Shown here one piece after another: positions 57,719 through 63,965 of a DNA stretch of 63,965 nt (the stretch's first letter is position 1; each line of letters begins with the position of its first letter). The notes beneath the pieces are model-generated. The model saw nothing but the letters and a program-made list of their open reading frames with translations, was not told the origin of the DNA and did no database searches. The position numbers and the translations under genes are program-made. The stretch spans positions 38,289-102,253 of the forward strand of contig JAYOYH010000015.1 in the NCBI GenBank assembly GCA_038153405.1. Direction: 5' to 3'. The stretch comes from Gemmatimonadota bacterium (GTDB taxonomy: Bacteria; Latescibacterota; UBA2968; UBA8231).

Positions 57719-58174
57719 ATGCCCGAATTTAATTTCACGTTTACCGTAGATGCCGCGCTGCGGCAGGTCAGCCAATTTCACGGCGATACGAGTGCACTCA
57801 AAAAGCTGACGCCGCCGCCAATGGTCGTGCAGATCCATCGCGTTGAGCCGCTAGCCGAGGAGTCGCGCGCCGAATTTACGCTGTGGTTCGGGCCGCTGCC
57901 CATTCGCTGGGCTGCCGTGCACCGCCAAGTCAGCGAGGGCGGCTTTACCGACATACAGGAGCGCGGCCCCATGCAGCGCTGGGAGCACACCCATCGATTT
58001 ACGGCTCTATCGGAGCACGCGACGCAGATAGACGAACACATCGAATACGCTCACTACGGCGGCTGGCGCGGTCTATTTAGTCGTATCCTCTTTATGCGCC
58101 CCGGCCTCTATATGCTCTTTACTGCGCGCAAGATGCTCACGCGTTGGCATCTGCGCGGCGGCGGCAACGACTAA
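57719..58174 (+). CDS. SRPBCC (cyclase/START-like) protein
   Basis: LTPP, W.AVH, FTDIQ..GP...WEHTHRF and IDEHIEY. Confidence 0.85.
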   Translation: MPEFNFTFTVDAALRQVSQFHGDTSALKKLTPPPMVVQIHRVEPLAEESRAEFTLWFGPLPIRWAAVHRQVSEGGFTDIQERGPMQRWEHTHRFTALSEHATQIDEHIEYAHYGGWRGLFSRILFMRPGLYMLFTARKMLTRWHLRGGGND

Positions 58175-58995
58175 GTATATCCCCCCACGCCGAGTAGCAT
58201 CTTCGTTTCCTCATCGGCACGTTCCAGTAGTTGCTTGGTCAGGCCGTCCTCCGGCTGCACGCCGTAGGGCGAGCCGCGAAACCACGTTGGCTGGTAGCTC
58301 AAAATCAGCATGCGACGCCGCGCAGTAAGGGTGGGCCCGCCGCGGTGCCATACGTTCGAGTGCATCAGCACCGCGCTACCGGCCTTCAAGTGCAGTTCGA
58401 TCTCGCCGTCGACCGGTGCATAGGTATCAGGTGGTTGGCGGTCGAGCCACGCGTGCGATCCCGGCACCAGGCTGACTAGTCCCGTTGCCTCGCTGAGGTC
58501 ATCTAGGTAAATCAGCGCATCGAGGCTGTGCGGCACGGAAAACCAGGGCGGCATTGGTTTGGTTAGGACGCGCAGGTGCTGGTGCAGCGGCGTCTCCTGG
58601 CGCTCGGCGCCGGGAAAGGTGATGCGCGCGCTCAGACCGCGCAGGCGGACGAGCGGTCCCATCATTGCCTGGGCAACAGATAGGATGGGTGGAAACGTTA
58701 ACAATTCGAGAAAGACCGGATCTTTGTCCATCAGGTGGCGCAGGATGATGCCCCAAGAGCGTTCGCCCATCGGCCGGCCGCGGTGCTGATCCCACTCTAA
58801 CTCAACGAGTCGCTCGACGCCATCGCGCAGGGCCGCTAGCGCGGATCCGCTAAAGAGTTCCTCGCGCACGAGGTAGCCCGCCGCGTCCAATTGCGCCAAC
58901 TCGTCCGGCGTTGCGTGCACGTCAATGGAGCGCGCACAGTCGTCGCCTAGATTGTGGGCGTTGAGAATTTCGTAGCGCAGTTCGTGTCGTGACAT
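58171..58995 (-). CDS. PhyH family dioxygenase with atypical HxH motif
   Basis: AGYLV, PLHQHLR, IYLDD, VPGSH and AGSAVLMH..VWHRG......RR. Confidence 0.85.
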   Translation of the reverse strand: MSRHELRYEILNAHNLGDDCARSIDVHATPDELAQLDAAGYLVREELFSGSALAALRDGVERLVELEWDQHRGRPMGERSWGIILRHLMDKDPVFLELLTFPPILSVAQAMMGPLVRLRGLSARITFPGAERQETPLHQHLRVLTKPMPPWFSVPHSLDALIYLDDLSEATGLVSLVPGSHAWLDRQPPDTYAPVDGEIELHLKAGSAVLMHSNVWHRGGPTLTARRRMLILSYQPTWFRGSPYGVQPEDGLTKQLLERADEETKMLLGVGGYT

Positions 58996-59141
58996 ATTGC
59001 CTCGCGTGAAGGAGAGAAGCGGTTGCTGCGGTATCGCGCACATAAAGTAATGCGAAAGGGGGGTTTGCCGCAGTGCCTATCCCATAGATAGATTAACGCC
59101 TGTTTTGAACCTAACTGTCACGTTGCAATAGGCGTAGCGAA

Positions 59142-60635
59142 ATGAGCGTCATGAGCCAAGCTGAAATCGTTCCGATTCTACTGGGTGCCGACTGGCAGGT
59201 ACCCGCTGTGTATCAGTATACCCCGGTCTATCGCCCCGCTACGGGCCAAGTGCTTGCGCGCACGCCGCACTGCAGCGCCGGCGATGTCGACCAGGTAGTG
59301 GCCGTGGCAAAGAAGGCCTTTGTCGACTGGTCGCAGACGCCGGCTCCGGCGCGCGCGCGCGTGCTCTTTCGCTACCGCGAGCTGTTGGAAGCGCATGTTG
59401 AGGAGCTGGCTGGTCTGGTCTGTAAAGAAAACGGCAAAACGCGCGAAGAGGCGCGCGGCGATGTGCGCCGAGGTATTGAAGTCGTCGAAGTAGCCTGCGG
59501 CGTTGGCCAGAGCGCCAAAGGGGAGATCTTGCCCGAACTAGCCTCTGGCATCGACGGAGCGGCTACGCGCGAACCGGTCGGCGTATGTGCCGGCATCACA
59601 CCGTTTAACTTTCCGGCCATGGTGCCGATGTGGATGTATCCAGTAGCCATTGCCTGCGGCAATACCTTCGTGCTCAAACCGAGCGAAAAAGTGCCGCTGA
59701 CGGCTAATCGCTTGGCCGAGCTCTTTCTTGAGGCGGGGTTGCCGCCGGGCGTTTTCAACGTGATACACGGTGCGCGCGAAGTGGTCGAAGCGCTCTGTCT
59801 CCATCCGCACGTGGCGGCCGTATCCTTTGTTGGCTCTTCGCCGGTGGCGCGCCGGGTCTACGAGCTAGCCGGTCAGAGCGGCAAGCGCTGTCAGGCGGCC
59901 GGCGGCGCCAAAAACGTCCTCGTCGTCATGCCGGATGCCATCGAAACGGGTTTGCTTGGGAAGGCGGCTGCGGACGATCCCATGCTCAACGCCGTGCTGC
60001 AGTCGGCCTTTGGCTGCGCCGGTCAGCGCTGCATGGCCGGCTCGCTGCTGATGGGGGTGGGAGAGGCCGCCGACGAGTTGTGCAACCAAGTTGCCTCGGC
60101 CATCGATACGCTGCGCCTCGGCGACACGCTGCTCGACGAGGGGGCCGATATGGGACCGGTTATCGATGGGCTAGCACAGCAGCGCCTGCGCGGCGCCATT
60201 GCCGCGGCGGCCGAGGTCGGCATGTCCGTGGTGCGCGACGGACGCGACGGCGTGCCCGGAGAGGGTTTCTTCGTTGGTCCGACTCTGCTCGACGATGTGA
60301 CGCCCGACCGCGAGCTGTTTACCGACGAGCTCTTCGGTCCGGTGCTCGGCCTGATGCGTCCGCGTTCGCTGGAGGAGGCCATAGAGTGGATTAACCGAAT
60401 TCCCTACGGCAATGCGGCGACCATTTTTACGCGCGACGGCGCGGCAGCCCGCACCTTTGCCCGCCAAGTCGAGTGCGGCATGGTGGGCGTCAATCTGGGC
60501 GTGCCCGCGCCGATGGCGCTATTCTCTTTTTCGGGTTGGGACCAATCGTTTTTCGGTGATTTACACGTGCAGGGAACAGAGGGCTTTCTCTTTTACACGC
60601 GGCAAAAGACGGTGCTCACGCGCTGGTTTAGCTGA
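59142..60635 (+). CDS. mmsA: CoA-acylating methylmalonate/malonate-semialdehyde dehydrogenase (MmsA/IolA)
   Basis: GITPFNFPAMVP, KPSEK, SFVGS, GGAKN..VVMPDA, GCAGQRCMA, ELFGPV and SFFGDLH. Confidence 0.93.
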   Translation: MSVMSQAEIVPILLGADWQVPAVYQYTPVYRPATGQVLARTPHCSAGDVDQVVAVAKKAFVDWSQTPAPARARVLFRYRELLEAHVEELAGLVCKENGKTREEARGDVRRGIEVVEVACGVGQSAKGEILPELASGIDGAATREPVGVCAGITPFNFPAMVPMWMYPVAIACGNTFVLKPSEKVPLTANRLAELFLEAGLPPGVFNVIHGAREVVEALCLHPHVAAVSFVGSSPVARRVYELAGQSGKRCQAAGGAKNVLVVMPDAIETGLLGKAAADDPMLNAVLQSAFGCAGQRCMAGSLLMGVGEAADELCNQVASAIDTLRLGDTLLDEGADMGPVIDGLAQQRLRGAIAAAAEVGMSVVRDGRDGVPGEGFFVGPTLLDDVTPDRELFTDELFGPVLGLMRPRSLEEAIEWINRIPYGNAATIFTRDGAAARTFARQVECGMVGVNLGVPAPMALFSFSGWDQSFFGDLHVQGTEGFLFYTRQKTVLTRWFS

Positions 60636-60682
60636 GCGCGGCAGGCTGTATTTAAACCATTTACACGCGACGGAGAAATGCG

Positions 60683-61576
60683 ATGAGCGAATGGACATTT
60701 GAACGGGTGGCCGGACCCTTTGGCTTTACGGAGGGGCCGCTGTGGATGGGCGATGCCCTGCTCTTTACGGATATGCCCGGTGATCGGGTGCTGCGCTACG
60801 ACCCGCAGACGGGCGCGTGTACCGACTGGCGCACGGGCACGAACAGCGCCAACGGGCTGACCGCTGATGCACAGGGCCGCGTCTACGCGGCCGAAGGAAC
60901 TTTTGTGCCGGGATCCGATCGCTTTGTCGACGGGCCCGGTCGCCGCATCACCCGCTACGAGCGCGACGGTTCGACTACCGTTATTTGCGATGGATTTGAG
61001 GGCAAGCGCTTTAACAGCCCCAACGATCTAGTTGTCGATGGACAGGGCCGCGTGTGGTTTACCGATCCGCGCTATGGCGATGACCGCTCGCATATGGAGC
61101 TGTCGCACGAGTCGGTCTATCGCGCTGACCCGCAGCCCGATGGTAGCTACGTTGCGGTGCGCGTCACCTTGGATACGACCAAGCCCAACGGCCTTATTGT
61201 AGCACCGGATATGCGGACGCTCTATGTAGCGCAGAGCGATTATGGAGCGGATACGCTGCGCGAACTGCGCGCCTATCCCATCGCCGACGATGGATCGCTC
61301 GGCCCGTACGACGTCGTGCACAACTTTGGTCCGCACCGCGGCATCGACGGCATGCGCCTGGATGCCGAGGGGTGTATCGTCGCTACGGCTGGGTGGAAGG
61401 AGAGTGGGCCAGGGCCGATGATCTACGTTTTTGCGCCAAACGGTCGCGTGCTGGAGACGCACCCCTTTCCGATCAATCCGACCAACTGTGCCTTCGGCGA
61501 TGCCGATGGGCAGTCGCTCTACGTCACGTCGATAGACGGCTATCTATACAGGGCGCGGACGCACCGCAGGGGATAG
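60683..61576 (+). CDS. SMP-30/gluconolactonase/LRE family protein
   Basis: FTEGPLW, NSPND, FTDPRYG, PNGL, DGM..D..G and PTNCAFG. Confidence 0.93.
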   Translation: MSEWTFERVAGPFGFTEGPLWMGDALLFTDMPGDRVLRYDPQTGACTDWRTGTNSANGLTADAQGRVYAAEGTFVPGSDRFVDGPGRRITRYERDGSTTVICDGFEGKRFNSPNDLVVDGQGRVWFTDPRYGDDRSHMELSHESVYRADPQPDGSYVAVRVTLDTTKPNGLIVAPDMRTLYVAQSDYGADTLRELRAYPIADDGSLGPYDVVHNFGPHRGIDGMRLDAEGCIVATAGWKESGPGPMIYVFAPNGRVLETHPFPINPTNCAFGDADGQSLYVTSIDGYLYRARTHRRG

Positions 61577-61585
61577 CGAAAGAGG

Positions 61586-62164
61586 TTAATGGGCGGTGGA
61601 CAGGTTTTCTACTACGATGCCGATTTCGTTGCGCCGCATAAACGGCGGAGTCCACGGATCGTTGTAGCGCATGAGAAAGGGGTCGCCCTGCGCTTCAATT
61701 CCGCGCTCGCGCAGCGCCGCCAGCAACTCGGCGGTCTTCTTCTCCACGCGCTCGGGGTTAGTACGCCACGAAAACTTGAGCGTGGCGACCTGTCGTGGCG
61801 CCACCGTAGTGAATTCGATGGGCTGGCCGTTGGGCGTCGGCGCGCTTTCCTCAGACAGGGCGGATGGCAAGATAAAGGACATCGTGCCGTCGGTGATAAC
61901 GGGCGCCGTCATCGCTACGTTTTGCCCCTCTTTGTTATTTCCGAAAATATAGGATGCCAGCACGGAAAAGGAGGCGTTGTCCGTCGTGCCCACCGTGGAA
62001 ATCCACGTTTGCTCGCCGTACTGGCGGACCTCAATGTGTTTGGCCAGGCGCTCGACTACCTCGTACTGAGGGCGTTCGATGCCATAGATAACGTACGCGC
62101 CCCATCCGACCCAGAGGGACATCAGCACGCCGGCGGTAATCATCATAATCAACCCCACTTTCAT
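61586..62164 (-). CDS. SOUL heme-binding family protein
   Basis: E.PQYEV, EVRQY, F..LA.YIFGNN, MTAPV and YNDPWTPPFMRRNEI. Confidence 0.92.
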   Translation of the reverse strand: MKVGLIMMITAGVLMSLWVGWGAYVIYGIERPQYEVVERLAKHIEVRQYGEQTWISTVGTTDNASFSVLASYIFGNNKEGQNVAMTAPVITDGTMSFILPSALSEESAPTPNGQPIEFTTVAPRQVATLKFSWRTNPERVEKKTAELLAALRERGIEAQGDPFLMRYNDPWTPPFMRRNEIGIVVENLSTAH

Positions 62165-62219
62165 CGCAGGAACCTCGCTTTCTCTGCCAAACTAGAAGGT
62201 ACCGGGCCGCGTTCTGTTG

Positions 62220-63155
62220 TCAATTATCCACGTTCTCGGCGGCCTCTATAAGGCCGCGCATATAGCCGACGGCAAAGAGGCGTCCCTGCATGGTATAGCC
62301 GCTTTCACCGCTTTCGCCTACCAGCACCGGCACGTGGTCAGGGCGCATGACGCCGGTAAAGCCCACGGCGCGGTAAGCGCGCATGGCCGCAAACATATCG
62401 GTGGGCCCCTCGTCGTGAAAGGTCTCGACAAAGTGGCTGCGATCGCCGCGCACGTCGCGGATGTGAGCAAAGCGAATATGGGGCCCAAGGCGGCCAATGG
62501 TCGCCGGTATATCGACGCCCATGGCCGCGAAGTTGCCCTGACAAAAGCAGATGCCGTTGGCTGGGCTCGGCGCCAGATTTACCAAGCGTTCAAAGGCCTC
62601 CGGGTCGATCATAATGCGCTCCAGTCCGCGCAGCGGCGTCAGCGGCGGGTCGTCCGGATGCATGGCCAGCGCCACGCCGGCTTCCTCGGCAATAGGCAGG
62701 ATATATTCTAAAAAGCGCTCGAGGTTTTCCCACAGGGCCGCCGCGCTCACGCCGCCTTCTAGCGGCCCGAGCGCTTCCGTTTGCGCTAGGTCGAACTCGC
62801 TGCACAGCGCGCCGCCGCGCCCCGGCGTGCCAAACGAAGTGCGCGTCCAATCGGTCAGTCCCATCCAGTTGTAGCACAGCACGCCGACGTTGAGTGCACC
62901 CATACTGCGCACGAGTTGGCCGAGTTCCTCCAGCTGCGCGCGGTAGCCGGGTTGGCCCAACACGACTTGTTCAATGGGCAAATAGCCCTCGACGACGGAG
63001 ACGGCCATGCCGTGCCGTCCGACCTGTTCGCACAGCGGTTCCAGGTCTTCAACGCGGCAGCCGGGATAGCGCACAACGATATCGGTGACGCCTATTTGGC
63101 TGGCCAACTGCAGGTTGTGATCATTAAAGGGGGTTGCCACGAGTGCGATGCGCAT
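62220..63155 (-). CDS. uxuA: mannonate dehydratase (UxuA) family
   Basis: CYNWM...DWTRT, LWENL, MHPDDPP, CFCQG, HIRDV, FHDEG, RPDH.P and GRLFAVGY. Confidence 0.92.
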   Translation of the reverse strand: MRIALVATPFNDHNLQLASQIGVTDIVVRYPGCRVEDLEPLCEQVGRHGMAVSVVEGYLPIEQVVLGQPGYRAQLEELGQLVRSMGALNVGVLCYNWMGLTDWTRTSFGTPGRGGALCSEFDLAQTEALGPLEGGVSAAALWENLERFLEYILPIAEEAGVALAMHPDDPPLTPLRGLERIMIDPEAFERLVNLAPSPANGICFCQGNFAAMGVDIPATIGRLGPHIRFAHIRDVRGDRSHFVETFHDEGPTDMFAAMRAYRAVGFTGVMRPDHVPVLVGESGESGYTMQGRLFAVGYMRGLIEAAENVDN

Positions 63156-63184
63156 CGCTCTATTCTCCTCTGTGTAGGGGGTAT

Positions 63185-63965
63185 TTATTCATACAGATAT
63201 AGAGCGTAGACGGTCGCTCTATCCAGGTGCAAGCGCAGCAGGTAGTCGCCGGGCTCCAAGTCGATCAGGCTGCATTCGCGCCAGCGCACGTCCTGCGCCA
63301 GCCCGTCTTCGCAGATGGGCACGGCGTCTTCGCGCCTAAAGCCGTGCAGGCGCTTGCCCACTGCGCTGAGTATCTCTACCTGCACGCTGCCGCCGCGCGC
63401 ATCGACGTTGAGCGCGAGTGCGCTGTGTTGGCCTAGTCTCAGCGGTTTGAGCGTGACCTGCCCGACGTGCGCTAATGGCCCCCGCTGCGTTGGCAGGTCG
63501 CTGTGGGCAACGGGTCGCAGGCCGGCAAAGCGGTCGCGCGGCAGCACCGCTAGACCGATGCCGCTTTCGTGCGAGCGGTCGTCGGCGCCGGTCGCACCCT
63601 GCGAATAGGCCCCGTAATAAAAGCGCATTTCATCGTCGAGCAAGACGGGTGTCGAGTTGGTAAAGAGCGAGCCGGCGTCAAAATCGCCGGCTGATCCGCG
63701 CGCGAGAAAATAGGTCGAACGAAAGGGTCGCTGCCAGCTAAAGCCATCGCGGCTCAGCATGAGCTCTATGTCGATGACGCCGCCGCTGACGGCGCGGTCC
63801 AACAGCTGGTTGAGGCAAAAGTAGACGCCGGCGTGGTAGAAGACCGGCGTGGTGTGGAATTCGACCTGCGGCGCATCGAGGTCGTCGGGGGCGCAGATGA
63901 GCTGTGGGTCGGACCAGTCGACGAAGTTTTGGCTCTCAATGCGGCCCATTGCGTGCTTCCAGCGC
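63185..63965 (-). CDS. partial hypothetical protein (5' end beyond the window); GH32/GH43-like five-bladed propeller plus C-terminal beta domain
   Basis: SQNFVDWS, SRDGFSWQR, FYYGA and IGLA.L.RDRF motifs; reading frame stays open to the window end. Confidence 0.7.
   Translation of the reverse strand, partial: RWKHAMGRIESQNFVDWSDPQLICAPDDLDAPQVEFHTTPVFYHAGVYFCLNQLLDRAVSGGVIDIELMLSRDGFSWQRPFRSTYFLARGSAGDFDAGSLFTNSTPVLLDDEMRFYYGAYSQGATGADDRSHESGIGLAVLPRDRFAGLRPVAHSDLPTQRGPLAHVGQVTLKPLRLGQHSALALNVDARGGSVQVEILSAVGKRLHGFRREDAVPICEDGLAQDVRWRECSLIDLEPGDYLLRLHLDRATVYALYLYE

Noticed and set aside
1..63965. CRISPR arrays, tRNA/rRNA genes, riboswitches, IS elements
   Set aside because: Intergenic gaps are short and I saw no regularly spaced repeats, cloverleafs or terminal inverted repeats; a covariance-model scan would be needed to exclude small RNAs.

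Overview
About 64 kb of GC-rich bacterial chromosome, densely coding (about 57 CDS). I found no rRNA, tRNA, CRISPR array, integrase or transposase. The gene content (six PhyH-family Fe/2OG dioxygenases, paralogous sugar-acid enzymes, a secreted enzyme with a FlgD/Por-like C-terminal sorting domain) resembles uncultured Latescibacterota/Poribacteria-like heterotrophs; this taxonomy is inference only. Most of the window is catabolic or housekeeping. The standout is a ~17 kb membrane/ion-homeostasis island (5649-22910). It holds: a pore-less voltage-sensor domain fused to a P-loop NTPase and paired with an MscS; three more MscS paralogs; a CASTOR/POLLUX-like channel; a Kch-like K+ channel with an internal RCK start; RimK plus an AstE/AspA peptidase; an HTH fused to a catalytically dead PilB/GspE ATPase; a degenerate 5'-nucleotidase fused to an outer-membrane beta-barrel; and an orphan groEL behind a consensus sigma54 promoter. 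Other oddities are an amidohydrolase-related oxygenase/Rieske pair, a PhyH enzyme with an HxH motif, an SDR with YxxxM, a low-GC heparinase-like gene, and a decayed cNMP-binding gene. All family calls come from motif recognition by eye, not from database searches. Several start codons were moved downstream of the ORF-track starts based on RBS position and signal peptides.
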